Notes under the pieces: generated by a model
What the model saw: the letters and a program-made list of their open reading frames with translations, nothing else
The model's database searches: none
What the model was told of the DNA's origin: nothing
Source: TPA_inf: Saccharomyces
Taxonomy: Eukaryota
DNA: 64,000 nucleotides
NCBI GenBank assembly: GCA_000146045.2
Contig: BK006941.2
Span: 256,001-320,000, forward strand
Direction of reading: 5' to 3'
In this document: piece after piece, positions 36,033-47,648 of the stretch
Position numbering within the stretch: the first letter of the stretch is position 1
Layout of the letters: every line of letters begins with the position of its first letter
Translations under genes and position numbers: made by a program

Positions 36033-37001
36033 ATGAAACCGACACAGGATTCACAAGAAAAGGTTTCTATTGAACAGCAGTTAGCTGTAGAATCGATAAG
36101 GAAGTTTTTGAACTCGAAAACATCTTATGACGTGTTGCCTGTTTCTTACCGTTTAATTGTCTTGGACACCTCGTTGTTAGTGAAGAAATCACTGAATGTT
36201 CTTTTGCAAAATAGCATTGTCTCTGCGCCATTATGGGACTCCAAGACTTCCAGGTTCGCTGGACTTCTAACTACTACAGATTTTATTAATGTCATCCAGT
36301 ATTACTTCTCCAATCCAGATAAGTTCGAATTAGTAGACAAATTACAGTTAGATGGATTAAAAGATATAGAGCGTGCTCTCGGTGTTGATCAACTAGATAC
36401 AGCTTCAATTCATCCTTCTAGACCCTTATTTGAGGCGTGTCTTAAGATGTTAGAATCAAGAAGTGGTAGAATACCACTGATCGATCAAGATGAAGAGACA
36501 CATAGAGAAATTGTCGTTAGTGTTCTTACGCAATATAGAATTCTGAAGTTCGTTGCTTTAAATTGCAGGGAAACACATTTTCTAAAGATTCCAATTGGGG
36601 ACTTGAACATTATTACGCAAGATAACATGAAAAGCTGTCAAATGACCACTCCGGTCATAGACGTCATTCAGATGCTTACCCAAGGTCGGGTTTCTTCCGT
36701 CCCTATTATTGACGAAAACGGCTACTTAATCAACGTATATGAAGCATACGATGTCCTAGGCTTGATAAAAGGAGGCATCTACAACGACCTGTCATTGAGC
36801 GTCGGAGAAGCCCTTATGAGGAGAAGTGATGATTTTGAGGGTGTTTATACATGCACTAAGAATGATAAATTATCTACTATTATGGATAACATCAGAAAAG
36901 CAAGGGTGCATAGATTCTTTGTAGTTGATGACGTCGGACGGTTGGTTGGTGTCTTGACGTTAAGCGATATTCTCAAATATATCCTTCTAGGTAGCAACTG
37001 A
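36033..37001 (+). CDS. SNF4: AMPK/Snf1 kinase gamma subunit
   Basis: 322 aa with four CBS repeats (two Bateman domains). Confidence 0.92.
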   Translation: MKPTQDSQEKVSIEQQLAVESIRKFLNSKTSYDVLPVSYRLIVLDTSLLVKKSLNVLLQNSIVSAPLWDSKTSRFAGLLTTTDFINVIQYYFSNPDKFELVDKLQLDGLKDIERALGVDQLDTASIHPSRPLFEACLKMLESRSGRIPLIDQDEETHREIVVSVLTQYRILKFVALNCRETHFLKIPIGDLNIITQDNMKSCQMTTPVIDVIQMLTQGRVSSVPIIDENGYLINVYEAYDVLGLIKGGIYNDLSLSVGEALMRRSDDFEGVYTCTKNDKLSTIMDNIRKARVHRFFVVDDVGRLVGVLTLSDILKYILLGSN

Positions 37002-37459
37002 AACGAGCCGATGAGATTTTTGTGTACATACTATAAATAAATGCAACTAATAAAGTCATGATTAATCAGTCATGCATACTTCATCTGACCAATATATTTT
37101 CATCTTGCTTATTTTGGGTATAATTCGGCGGAAATTCGGTTATAAAGCGAAGTGAAAAATCGATTAGTAATGATACTGATGCGATCTCTGGGAGGGGGGA
37201 ATGCTGCATATAAGGGTGAAGGAAGATAATGCAAAGCCTTTTGTAGTATTGTCTGTTGATACCAAAATAAATTAGTTCATCAAAAAGGTACAGGCAGCTA
37301 AAGAAAAGCTGTAAATTTAACGCCGTAGAAGGTATTTTTCGTGAGATCTATCTCAAGGCATCATTTTTTTTATTTTCGCACCAAGATAGGAAGAAAAAGA
37401 GTCACAGTATAGAGGACTAACCGTTAAAGATTCTAAATCGGTACTGTAAATACTTTGAA

Positions 37460-39637
37460 ATGCCTCAATCTACTCCAAGTCAAGAAGTACAGCGTGTACC
37501 ATGGGATAATAAACCTGCTTTGAAGCAGATAACACTCCGAGCAACCATAGCAGGTATCGCTATAGGGTCTCTGGTGCTAACATCAAATTTTCAATTTGGC
37601 CTGCAAACCGGTTGGGTTTCCATGATGTCCCTGCCATCGGCATTGTTAGCTTGTGCTTTCTTTAAAAATATCTGGCCATTAATATTTCCGAACGACAGGC
37701 CTTTCAGTGACGTTGAAAATGTATACGTACAAAGTATGGCAGTAGCTGTCGGAACAGGCCCATTAGCCTTTGGGTTTGTCGGCGTCATACCTGCCATCGA
37801 GAAGTTCCTTACTAACGACGAAAGTGGTGGATTAAGGGAACAAGGACAGTCCTTCACTTTTAGAGAATTGTTAATATGGTCCACAGCCCTAGCATTCTTC
37901 GGTATTTTTTTTGCAGTTCCTCTAAGAAAGCAAGTAATTGTTAGAGAGAAACTTCCCTTCCCCAGTGGTAGCGCCACGGCCACTTTAATTTCAGTGCTAA
38001 ATGGAACTGAGATTTTACAAGAGGTTTCTAAGTCAGAGTTATTGGAAATGAGGCAGAGGAGATTGAATGAATGCCCTGAAGTGCTACAACCCAACAGAGA
38101 TCCAGAGGAGGCGGATTATTTAATGAACTCTTCTCATAGCGAACTTGGTGATTATACGGCAACTAGCCAAGATGGAAGTTCTATCCTTTCTACTGGCTCT
38201 GAGAACTACAGAGCGAATATTATTATTTTATTGAAAACTTTTGTTGTTTCTTCGCTTTACACCATGGTGTCATATTTTGTACCGGTAATACGGTCTATTC
38301 CAGTCTTCGGAAAATACCTCTCGAACAATTATCTCTGGAATTTTCAGCCGTCGCCTGCGTATATAGGCCAAGGGATAATAATGGGTCTTCCAACAGTATC
38401 GTATATGCTTATCGGGTGCTTCTTAGGCTGGGGTGTGTTAGCACCATTGGCGAGATACAAAAGATGGGTACCACCAGATGCTGATGTCCACGACTGGGAG
38501 GAGGGAGTGCAAGGATGGATTCTTTGGTCGTCGCTTTCAATAATGGTTGCTGACAGTGTAGTCGCTTTTATTGTTGTGACAGTGAAGTCCATTGTGAAAT
38601 TTATTCTTATAGATGACAAAGCTGCTTTACTGAACAACATAATCGATGATACATTTCAATCTATGTTACTGGAGGAGGAACGCGCCATTAATAGCAGCAG
38701 AAGAAATACATATGTTGATGGAAGGCAGGACACCGTAAGATTAGTGAGTAGAGATAACGAAATAGAAGTAGATTCGAAGCATTTGGTTCGCTATACCACC
38801 GTTATCAGTGGATGTCTAGTCTCCTCGATAATATGCATTGTTTCCATAATATATTTGTTTGGGATACAAGTAATTCCCCTATATGCTATTATCACTGCTT
38901 TGATACTTGCGTTGTTTCTATCTATTCTCGGTATTCGAGCACTTGGAGAGACCGATCTGAATCCTGTGAGCGGCATTGGTAAGATCTCTCAATTGATTTT
39001 TGCCTTTATCATACCAAGGGATAGACCTGGATCAGTGTTAATGAACGTGGTATCGGGAGGTATTGCAGAAGCCTCTGCCCAACAGGCGGGCGATTTAATG
39101 CAGGATTTGAAAACGGGGCACCTCCTCGGCGCCTCCCCAAGAGCTCAGTTCTGTGCCCAATTGATAGGGGCCTGTTGGTCAATTATTTTGTCTAGCTTCA
39201 TGTATTTGTGCTACAATAAAGTTTATTCAATTCCGAGTGAGCAATTCAGGATACCGACAGCAGTAGTGTGGATAGATTGTGCAAGACTAGTAACTGGTAA
39301 AGGGCTCCCTGATAAGGCCTTGGAGTGCTCCATGATTCTCGGAGTCATATTTGCCGTTTTATCATTAATCAGAAACACTTATAGAGATTACGGATACGGG
39401 TGGATATTATATATTCCGTCTGGTGTAGCAGTCGGTGTTGGTATATTTAATTCTCCCAGTTTTACAATTGCAAGATTCATCGGCGGGTGGGCTTCGCATT
39501 TTTGGTTGAAGAATCATAGGGGTGACTTAAATGCGAAAACAAAAATGATTGTATTCAGTTCGGGGTTGGTCTTAGGTGAAGGTATCTTTAGCGTAATAAA
39601 CATGCTCTTCATCTGCTTAAATGTCCCTCACTATTAG
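37460..39637 (+). CDS. Putative OPT-family oligopeptide transporter (YGL114W)
   Basis: 725 aa, polytopic, with OPT-family conserved segments (e.g. NPVSGIGKISQLIFAFI). Confidence 0.85.
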   Translation: MPQSTPSQEVQRVPWDNKPALKQITLRATIAGIAIGSLVLTSNFQFGLQTGWVSMMSLPSALLACAFFKNIWPLIFPNDRPFSDVENVYVQSMAVAVGTGPLAFGFVGVIPAIEKFLTNDESGGLREQGQSFTFRELLIWSTALAFFGIFFAVPLRKQVIVREKLPFPSGSATATLISVLNGTEILQEVSKSELLEMRQRRLNECPEVLQPNRDPEEADYLMNSSHSELGDYTATSQDGSSILSTGSENYRANIIILLKTFVVSSLYTMVSYFVPVIRSIPVFGKYLSNNYLWNFQPSPAYIGQGIIMGLPTVSYMLIGCFLGWGVLAPLARYKRWVPPDADVHDWEEGVQGWILWSSLSIMVADSVVAFIVVTVKSIVKFILIDDKAALLNNIIDDTFQSMLLEEERAINSSRRNTYVDGRQDTVRLVSRDNEIEVDSKHLVRYTTVISGCLVSSIICIVSIIYLFGIQVIPLYAIITALILALFLSILGIRALGETDLNPVSGIGKISQLIFAFIIPRDRPGSVLMNVVSGGIAEASAQQAGDLMQDLKTGHLLGASPRAQFCAQLIGACWSIILSSFMYLCYNKVYSIPSEQFRIPTAVVWIDCARLVTGKGLPDKALECSMILGVIFAVLSLIRNTYRDYGYGWILYIPSGVAVGVGIFNSPSFTIARFIGGWASHFWLKNHRGDLNAKTKMIVFSSGLVLGEGIFSVINMLFICLNVPHY

Positions 39638-39931
39638 GTATATAATATTTTACTAATAAAGAATTTACAAAGTTTACAAATTTTAAATTATTTACTCATC
39701 ACATAATTCGATGTCTTAGATTTCCCTGTATATATATTTCTAGGTGACAAAAATCCTAGGCAAAATGTTATATTATACGCGACCTTGAAATATCGGCTAT
39801 CTTGGTGTACAACATGGTCCATTTAAGAAAAATAAAAAAAAGTGATGGGCACTGTTAAAACAGGCAGAAGCCTCATTCATAACTGCTGAAGGGTTAAGAT
39901 CGTATAGGTAGGAACGATCTGACCTCTCATA

Positions 39932-41938
39932 ATGGAAACATGGGAAGTCATAGCATCGGTAAAAGAAGCAACAAAAGGCCTTGACTTGAGCTTAGATCAT
40001 CCACTTATTATTAAATCCGAGGACGTGCCCAGTAACATTCTCCAATTACTGCAACAGAAGAATCGACGTCAATTGAAACACATCTGCATGAAATCAAGAA
40101 AAGAGTATTTTCTACTAGAGGAATATGGGCCAGGATTTTGGGTTAAGTGGCCGTACAATTATTTCAATGGTTACAGCTTACCAGAAAGGCGTACGGAAGT
40201 TGTAACGACAGTTGAAAGAGAAAGAGCTAAGCGTGAAACGTTAAAAACATGGGACGAATTGAAATTTAAAGAGCTTCTTCATTTATGGTCAGAAGAACCC
40301 AAGGGCTCGTGTAAGCTTGAGAAGGACAAAGACCTTAAACTGGATATGAATCCCCCAGATATGAAAGGCGAATCAAAAATTAATGACTACTATTCAGACC
40401 CTAAAGAGTACATAGAAAGTAAGTATTATGATGCTCTTTTTTCCATACATACGCCTCTCGCATATTTCGTCAAGTCAAATTTAGTAAGGCTCAAAAATAC
40501 CTGCCGAACCAAGTACGGAAGTGACAGTTACAAAATAGCCTATCAAGCCATGCTGCAAAAATTTCTTCTCTCAATTGTACAATTCAAAGATAGACATGAT
40601 AACAGGCTTTTATTAGAGCCCTTTTCTAGTCCCATAGCAGATGAAAAAAGGAAGAACTGTCTCACAAAATTTGTTATCCAAGATGAAAACAAAAACAGCT
40701 CAACCATTGCTGATTTATGTGTTGTATTAAAATCCCGCGAAATAAAGCTACAAATATTATTGCTATTAGAGATAATAGGATTGAACGATTTAGATTGGAA
40801 TTTTAGAGATTTTGAGAAAAAGTATAAATTAAAATTGAAGAAAAGATCACTTAATTTGACAAAAAAGGGATTAGTTCGTCGAAGATCGAAGAAAAAAACC
40901 AGCGAAAAAGACAAAGGAATCGAGAGAATAACAACATCTTTGGATTATTGTGAACAGTTAGACTTGTACTTAGATAGAGCATGCATCTTGGACATTCTAC
41001 TATCAAGTGAAACGCCCAACCCAGATGCCATAGAAGCATCAAATGGAACAATACAAGAGCATAAAAAAAATATCCTAGACAAAAGCAAAGAAGCCTCATT
41101 GGTTGGGTTCATAAATTATGTTCTTATTCCATATTTCAACAAAAAGGTACCACACGCCGTTGAATTTATAATTCAAAAGCTCAAGGGACCAAGCATGAGA
41201 CCAAAGAGAGCCCTGAAAAAGGTCAACGATAGCACAAATGTATCGTCACCTAATACTGTAGAAACGTATAACAGGTTATCCACGAGTCAACGTGCCTCTC
41301 GCTCTTCAATCATTAATTCCGTCCCATCTTCACCCGCATTGAGAAGGGTGGACGCTAATTTGTTCAGCAGAAAATCTATAGCTTCGCCCACCCCTGAACT
41401 TTTGAATTCTAGAACGAACTCTAACTTGAATGAATTTCTCGAAAGTGAAACTAGAAGCTTAAAGCGCCCTTCACAATTGGGAAGGACGAAGTCTGATCTA
41501 ACGATGAATCATTTACAAAAACGGCAGTTTTCTGTCTCTGACTTAAGCACAACAAGAGTACCGAATTCATCAACTATCACACTCAAAACGCCTTTCTCGC
41601 ACTCAACTATTAATGCATACAAAACTATGAATAACTCTTTTCGCAGAGTTGGGAAACGTAAAGATATCAATGAAACGATACGCCTACATGAACGTGTAGA
41701 CTCTGAGGAAAACGTACAAGTTCAAGCCACTCCTGCTGTGAAAAAAAGAACTGTGACACCTAATAAAAAGGCGCAACTTCAAAGCATCATTGAATCGCCG
41801 CTAAATTTCAAGGATGATGATACGCATGAAGGCAGAAAAAATACCTCCAATATTACCTCTACTCCCACTAATAAGCCCCCGGAAAATAGCTCAAAAAGGA
41901 GAGTAAGAAGACGTTTATTTGCTCCAGAATCCACATAG
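39932..41938 (+). CDS. SLD3: Replication initiation factor Sld3
   Basis: 668-aa ORF recognised as Sld3 (YGL113W), with a Ser/Thr-rich C-terminal region carrying CDK-site-like S/TP motifs. Confidence 0.85.
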   Translation: METWEVIASVKEATKGLDLSLDHPLIIKSEDVPSNILQLLQQKNRRQLKHICMKSRKEYFLLEEYGPGFWVKWPYNYFNGYSLPERRTEVVTTVERERAKRETLKTWDELKFKELLHLWSEEPKGSCKLEKDKDLKLDMNPPDMKGESKINDYYSDPKEYIESKYYDALFSIHTPLAYFVKSNLVRLKNTCRTKYGSDSYKIAYQAMLQKFLLSIVQFKDRHDNRLLLEPFSSPIADEKRKNCLTKFVIQDENKNSSTIADLCVVLKSREIKLQILLLLEIIGLNDLDWNFRDFEKKYKLKLKKRSLNLTKKGLVRRRSKKKTSEKDKGIERITTSLDYCEQLDLYLDRACILDILLSSETPNPDAIEASNGTIQEHKKNILDKSKEASLVGFINYVLIPYFNKKVPHAVEFIIQKLKGPSMRPKRALKKVNDSTNVSSPNTVETYNRLSTSQRASRSSIINSVPSSPALRRVDANLFSRKSIASPTPELLNSRTNSNLNEFLESETRSLKRPSQLGRTKSDLTMNHLQKRQFSVSDLSTTRVPNSSTITLKTPFSHSTINAYKTMNNSFRRVGKRKDINETIRLHERVDSEENVQVQATPAVKKRTVTPNKKAQLQSIIESPLNFKDDDTHEGRKNTSNITSTPTNKPPENSSKRRVRRRLFAPEST

Positions 41939-42177
41939 AATAAGAAACTGCGAGACCACCTTCGCTGGCAAGTAGTTGACCCAACTCCATCTTTGTAGCT
42001 TTTCTTGGACGAAAAGGGAATAAAATAAAACTAAGCTACAACAATTTCGCACTTCGGGGGCCTTTGAGTATACAATTAAATAACTCATCATGCATATATA
42101 TATATATACATACAATGGCGTATGTAAAAACTGTTATATAACATTACCGTTGTACTATTAGTATAAACCGATTCTCA

Positions 42178-43728
42178 CTATTCGCCAAAAAATATCGCAC
42201 TAATTAATTCTTTTGCGTCGTCTCTTTTCAAAATGTGAAATCCAATAGTGACACCACACCTCTCTAGCAATTTTTCCTTATCCTCATCCGTAACTTTTTC
42301 ACCTTTACCCTCGTACAAATCTGGTAAATCCTTTTTTAGAACTAACAATGCACTAATTACAGTATCAACCAAGATTTGAGTTTCTTCTTTAGTAAATTTG
42401 GTCCTAGTTGGATTGGAGTCATCGTTCAAATGTTCCTCTATATTGTCTAGAGTTATTCCGCTTTCATTGAATACCAAGCGCGCCCAATTATTTAGGTTTC
42501 CTAAGAAGAATCTGATGGATTCACCTTCTAGTACCGATACACCCTTTAAGCACCCATAGTAAGTCCCAAAAACACGGTTTATGTCCAAAAATGTCTTTAG
42601 CAGTGTCCTAGTTACTCTTGGCTTCAGGGATTTGTATGCTTGAGGAAATTTTTTCAATACATAGTCCAACAAAGATGCGGCAAAATCACGTAGTGCATTC
42701 GTTCTTTCTAAAAATTCATGAATTTCTTGCGGCGAATCATCTTTTGGTGATCCACCAAGTTTTTTTGCTAATAGCAAGGTTAAAATGGAAGGCATTAACG
42801 AATGAATATAAGGGTCCAGGAAAATAGAAGTATTGCTTAGTAAAGAGTAAATCATTTCCAAAATTGTTGTTAGCAATTGTAAATCGGAAAGATTTTGTGT
42901 GATTTGTTCGGCAATAAATTGAATAAAATATGGAACCAGTTGGTGCAGGCCACTATCAGTTCGTAGTGAAGTCAAAGCTGCTTGTTTCATATGCTGTGCA
43001 GCTTCATCAGCTTGACTCTTCGCTGTCAAGGTTGAAATGACCTTATTGAAATAAATCTGTAATTCTTTGGATAAAACGTGTTTCACTAAAGGTTTGACTT
43101 CAGTATTCTGTCCTGGTTTAACATTAGACAGGTGTTGAGAGGCGCCTGTATCCGTCACAGAAGCACTTGCTGTCGTCGACGTTACAGGTGTTTGGAGGCT
43201 GTTATCATTCAAAGCAGTGACAATAGCACCTCTAATAAATGGTGGTTGGGATACCCTTATATCATTCAAATTTGGATTTTGGATTATGGCAGGTTGAACC
43301 CCTTCAACTGCTAGCCAATGTGTAGTAAAAGTTGGTAGACGAGGCACTTGCGGTAATGGCTCATTTATTAATCTATCAAAATCTACTTCTTCCTCATCCA
43401 GGTAGTAAACCGACTGTCCTCCACTTGTGTTAACCTTACTAAATGATACAGCTTTATTAACTTCAGAGCCATCATAATATCCATATAAAGGTTCCACATT
43501 CAGAACACGCAGGGCCTTCGATACATCGTCTGTAGTTAAAACATCTCTTTTAGAGTGTCTTTTAAACTTGACTGCCTGTTCAATAATCTCTAGAATACGG
43601 TATTCAACGTCCATAGCAAGTGCTTTCAACACGTCATCGTTGATATTTTCCAACCCAAGCGACTCAGCGACATCTTTAACAGTATCTTGTGGAGACCAAA
43701 TTGTGTAAGATTGCTGCTGTGTAGACAT
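42178..43728 (-). CDS. TAF6: TFIID/SAGA subunit Taf6
   Basis: 516 aa with an N-terminal H4-like histone fold and a C-terminal HEAT-repeat region. Confidence 0.9.
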
Positions 43729-43977
43729 TTTAACAGGCTATCAACTACACTGAGGCGTCCTTTGCTTCCTTTTTAAAGCCAATCTATTGTTTTCGCTCAT
43801 GAACTACTTTTGCTGCTACTTGAATCGGTGTTTGTTATTGATGGTTTCCGGGTATTTTTTTGGTAATAAAATAAAGCTGAAAAATTTTGTAAAGCGATGC
43901 CCAATCTCGAAGCCTCACTTCAATGAACATAATACAGAGAAAATTTAACCATAAATAGGCCCAGCTTCGATCGTAAA

Positions 43978-45369
43978 ATGAGGTTACTAGTCAGCTGTGT
44001 GGATAGTGGATCCATAAAGGAAGTTTTGTGTAACATCGGGACTGACACTTCCGTACAATCAGCACTGCAGCCTTTTCATGTGGCACCTCATCTAGCCGAA
44101 GGATTGAAAGCTTACGTTGACAGGATGTGGGTGATATCCGAAGATGAAGCCATCTTAGCAAGGAATTCAGGGGTCGTCGAACTTGTAAAGATTTCGAAAC
44201 ACCTTAAAGAAAATGAAGCTCTCCAGGTCGATCCCAAAGGAGAAAGCAAAAATGAAAAGAGCCTTTCCGATGATCTACCCAAATTTGACATATCCGAGTT
44301 TGAGATAACCAGCTCAGTTTCAGACCTTTTTGATGATGCCAAATTGGAATCACTTTCAAGTAAATCTGTTAAAAGAACCAAGTTGGTGGATGGTTTTGTC
44401 ACATTATGTCCCATAAAAAAGGATTCGTCGAATAACACATTCGTAGCTGCTACCAAATCGGGATTATTACATATTATAAAAAAAGGAGAAGATAAAAAGT
44501 TAATAAAACTAGCATCCCTTGGACTGAAAGCACCAGTAGAATTTCTTCAGTTATATGATCTAGAAGATACCGATACTGATAAATATATATTTGCATACGG
44601 AGGGGAGGAGAATTTAATAAAATTAGTGGAAATAGATTCGAGTTTCCAATCTTTAAAGCAAATTTGGGAAGCCAAGAATGTTAAAAACGACAGGTTGGAT
44701 ATGAGAGTCCCAGTATGGCCCATGGCCCTAAGATTTTTGGAGCCCTCCCCTGGTAAAACTGAAAAGGGTAAGCTGAACTACCAGTTTGCAGCCATAACCC
44801 GTTGGTCCCACCTCACCAAATACAGCACACAACATGGCAGAAAACCGTTCGCTCAGATAGATTTATTACCTAACCGTGAACCATTATCTCAGATGGAAGT
44901 TTTTGATGCCAAGGGAGAAAATGTTGTCTCTTCGTTGGGGAATTTTCAATCTGAAACCTTTAATGAACTGAATGTGATTACTACTGACTACAAAAAGAAT
45001 GTTTTTAAATTCGATGGTAATGGAAGAATGTTGGGCAAGGTGGGTAGAGATGATATCACTGGTTCGTCAACCTATATTCATGTACATGACGGCAAATATC
45101 TTTTACAAGGTGGTTTAGATAGGTATGTTCGGATCTTCGATATAAAAACTAACAAAATGCTGGTGAAGGTTTATGTTGGGTCCCGTATAAATTTTATTGT
45201 TATGCTGGATGACGTTGAAATCGAGATGCCACTAAGTCCAAGTGCGAAAGCTGCCAAAGGGAAGCAAAAAAGGAAGGTTACAGAACTTGAAGAAGACGCA
45301 GATGAGCTTTGGAATAAATTGGAGGGAAAGGTAGCTGCTTCTAAAGCCAGTAAGAAAAGCAAAATTTAA
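43978..45369 (+). CDS. NSA1: Pre-60S ribosome biogenesis factor Nsa1
   Basis: 463 aa, WD-repeat-like with a Lys-rich C-terminal tail; recognised as Nsa1 (YGL111W). Confidence 0.85.
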   Translation: MRLLVSCVDSGSIKEVLCNIGTDTSVQSALQPFHVAPHLAEGLKAYVDRMWVISEDEAILARNSGVVELVKISKHLKENEALQVDPKGESKNEKSLSDDLPKFDISEFEITSSVSDLFDDAKLESLSSKSVKRTKLVDGFVTLCPIKKDSSNNTFVAATKSGLLHIIKKGEDKKLIKLASLGLKAPVEFLQLYDLEDTDTDKYIFAYGGEENLIKLVEIDSSFQSLKQIWEAKNVKNDRLDMRVPVWPMALRFLEPSPGKTEKGKLNYQFAAITRWSHLTKYSTQHGRKPFAQIDLLPNREPLSQMEVFDAKGENVVSSLGNFQSETFNELNVITTDYKKNVFKFDGNGRMLGKVGRDDITGSSTYIHVHDGKYLLQGGLDRYVRIFDIKTNKMLVKVYVGSRINFIVMLDDVEIEMPLSPSAKAAKGKQKRKVTELEEDADELWNKLEGKVAASKASKKSKI

Positions 45370-45536
45370 TAGTAAAGGACGCTAATTGAAGGCAAAGTTT
45401 TACTAGTCGGCGGGAAAAATTATTAAAAAAAGCACTTCCTGAACGCGACGCTGAATAACTTATAATACGTTACATAATTGTATACCGTCTAGTAAACTTA
45501 CATACGCTTGTCTATCTTGTATGCTGATGCATTTTA

Positions 45537-47411
45537 TCAAATAGCGTTATTTCCCGCACGAGCCAATTTTTTATCGTGCCCCTTCTTACGGTTATGGTTA
45601 GCTCTAGCCCCTTTCCTTTTTTCATTCTTAGCATGCTGTCTTTTCTTCTGTTCAGTAGATTGAGGTTCATGTTTCTTAATATTTTCAGATTTTTTTTGTT
45701 TGGCTTGTTCTTTGACGACATTTCCATCATTTTGGCTATCACGATTATGAACATAAGACGTTTTCCCTGTTTTGCTATTTCCTTTGAACATAAACTTCTT
45801 TTCTAAAAGTCTTGCTCGGGTAGGAGATCTTTCTAACATCCGACACCAACCTTCGATTTTTTCATCCGACCATGAAGTCATTTCTTTCATAGTTTTCCTG
45901 ACTTTTGTACCTCTTTTTGATCTCTCAAATAATTTCGGATCCTCTTTCAATAGATTCCACAAGTAAGCTTCAACAATATGATAGTTATGATCTTGTCGCA
46001 CTTCATTAGAATCATCTTTTGTATCATAGCTTTCTTCGTCTTCTTGAAGTCCAATTCTTTTCGAAGGATCGGACCGGTTCACATCGGCTTCATCATAAGT
46101 GTCATCCCTTTCATCTTCATCAGCCTCGTATAAAAGTTTCAATGCTCTTGTCAAAGTTTTATTTCTTAATTCATCCGGAACACCCTCCGAGATAATCTTT
46201 TTGTCTAGCTCTTTATTTTTTGAGCTATCTCCTCTATCCAATATACTCAGTTCTTCAGTAAAGGATGCATTATCACCATCTGACACCGGCTCTACTTCTT
46301 CCTCCGCAGGTTCTCTGGAGAATGCTTCGATAATGGTAGGATCCTCAAATATTTTATTCGTTACTAATTCAATGTTATTATCATAGGCAAGCAACGTTTG
46401 AGATAATTGATATTTAGAAAACTGGGGGAACAATTCCATCAACGCGGACAGTTGTTCTTCATTAACTTCAGTACCTGATGATGTTGGATAGCTCATATGG
46501 TCTCCTTCGTCCATTGACAACCCCCCTAAATTCAGAAATAGTAACTTGCTCTTCAAATCAGGAAGCCTTTTGTGGACTCCTTCATTTATGAGCATTGTTC
46601 CTAAAAGAGGATATAACGCCAAAGTTTCAAAATTGCTTATGCCTAATTCTTTAGTTATTTTTAGTAAACGATCAGCAGAAACAGAAAATAAACTGATAAT
46701 GATCAATTCTCTAGCCTCTTTATGACCCCGGCCCTGTCCCTTTGCCCATAATGCCTCTAAAATTTCAATCCAATTTGCCGTAAAGAAGTTCTCCGCAAAC
46801 TTATTTGGCTGCATGGATTTGGCAGACAGCAGATCTTCAACGCACCTTAAATCTATTCTTTTAAATTTTCCAGATTCTATTAACTGCTTCAAATGCTGTT
46901 GAACTTGGTACGATTTGTCCAATTGTACACGTTGCGTGTTGATCCGTGGTTTCAATGAGCCATCGATCAAACCACGAATAGAATCTGGATTACGTCTAAC
47001 ATATACTTTGATCAAATTCCACAGGGAGTCACCAAAAATCTGAAGATGTAATAACCCGCATTTCTTGATCAATGAAAATATCCAGCCTTTTAGTAAATAT
47101 AACTGTTCAGACACATCATGGTTGATACCGAGACTTAATAACTTTCCTTCCTCATCAGCAATTTCATGCAAGTAAGTTCTCAAAAATAAACGAAGATGAT
47201 CAAGTGTAGATTCATCTAATAATTCAACGTTAGCACCTTGCATCAAATACTCAAAATACGTTACATAGGTTTCTATTAGATGCAGCCATACTACGGGGTC
47301 CTTTTCAATTAATTGAGCTCTGAGTTTAAACGGTGGAAATTTGACAATGGGCAGAGAAATATCTGCATTACCCCCATTTATTTCAATAACGCGGTTGTAC
47401 CTTGATAACAT
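45537..47411 (-). CDS. CUE3: CUE-domain ubiquitin-binding protein Cue3
   Basis: The CUE domain (EEQLSALMELFPQFSKYQLSQTLLAYDNNIELVTNKIF) is present. The 624-aa protein starts at the internal Met (MLSRYNRVIE). The track ORF begins 14 codons upstream at 47453. Confidence 0.8.
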   Translation of the reverse strand: MLSRYNRVIEINGGNADISLPIVKFPPFKLRAQLIEKDPVVWLHLIETYVTYFEYLMQGANVELLDESTLDHLRLFLRTYLHEIADEEGKLLSLGINHDVSEQLYLLKGWIFSLIKKCGLLHLQIFGDSLWNLIKVYVRRNPDSIRGLIDGSLKPRINTQRVQLDKSYQVQQHLKQLIESGKFKRIDLRCVEDLLSAKSMQPNKFAENFFTANWIEILEALWAKGQGRGHKEARELIIISLFSVSADRLLKITKELGISNFETLALYPLLGTMLINEGVHKRLPDLKSKLLFLNLGGLSMDEGDHMSYPTSSGTEVNEEQLSALMELFPQFSKYQLSQTLLAYDNNIELVTNKIFEDPTIIEAFSREPAEEEVEPVSDGDNASFTEELSILDRGDSSKNKELDKKIISEGVPDELRNKTLTRALKLLYEADEDERDDTYDEADVNRSDPSKRIGLQEDEESYDTKDDSNEVRQDHNYHIVEAYLWNLLKEDPKLFERSKRGTKVRKTMKEMTSWSDEKIEGWCRMLERSPTRARLLEKKFMFKGNSKTGKTSYVHNRDSQNDGNVVKEQAKQKKSENIKKHEPQSTEQKKRQHAKNEKRKGARANHNRKKGHDKKLARAGNNAI

Positions 47412-47648
47412 TATTCTTAGTGATTCTATCCTATAAAAATTTCCAAGATTCAATAGTTAACTCGAATGTCTCTCATTTATGAGAACTAGTGTTTTATATT
47501 TTCATTTTTTCTATGGCCGCGCAAAATCCATTGGCAGATATTCAGGTATATAAACGTTACAAAGCCAAGAGGAGAATGGAAGGCCAACAAAAAAATTCTT
47601 GTACAATTGCATATATTGATTCATTACAATATTACTGCCGTCGTTCTC

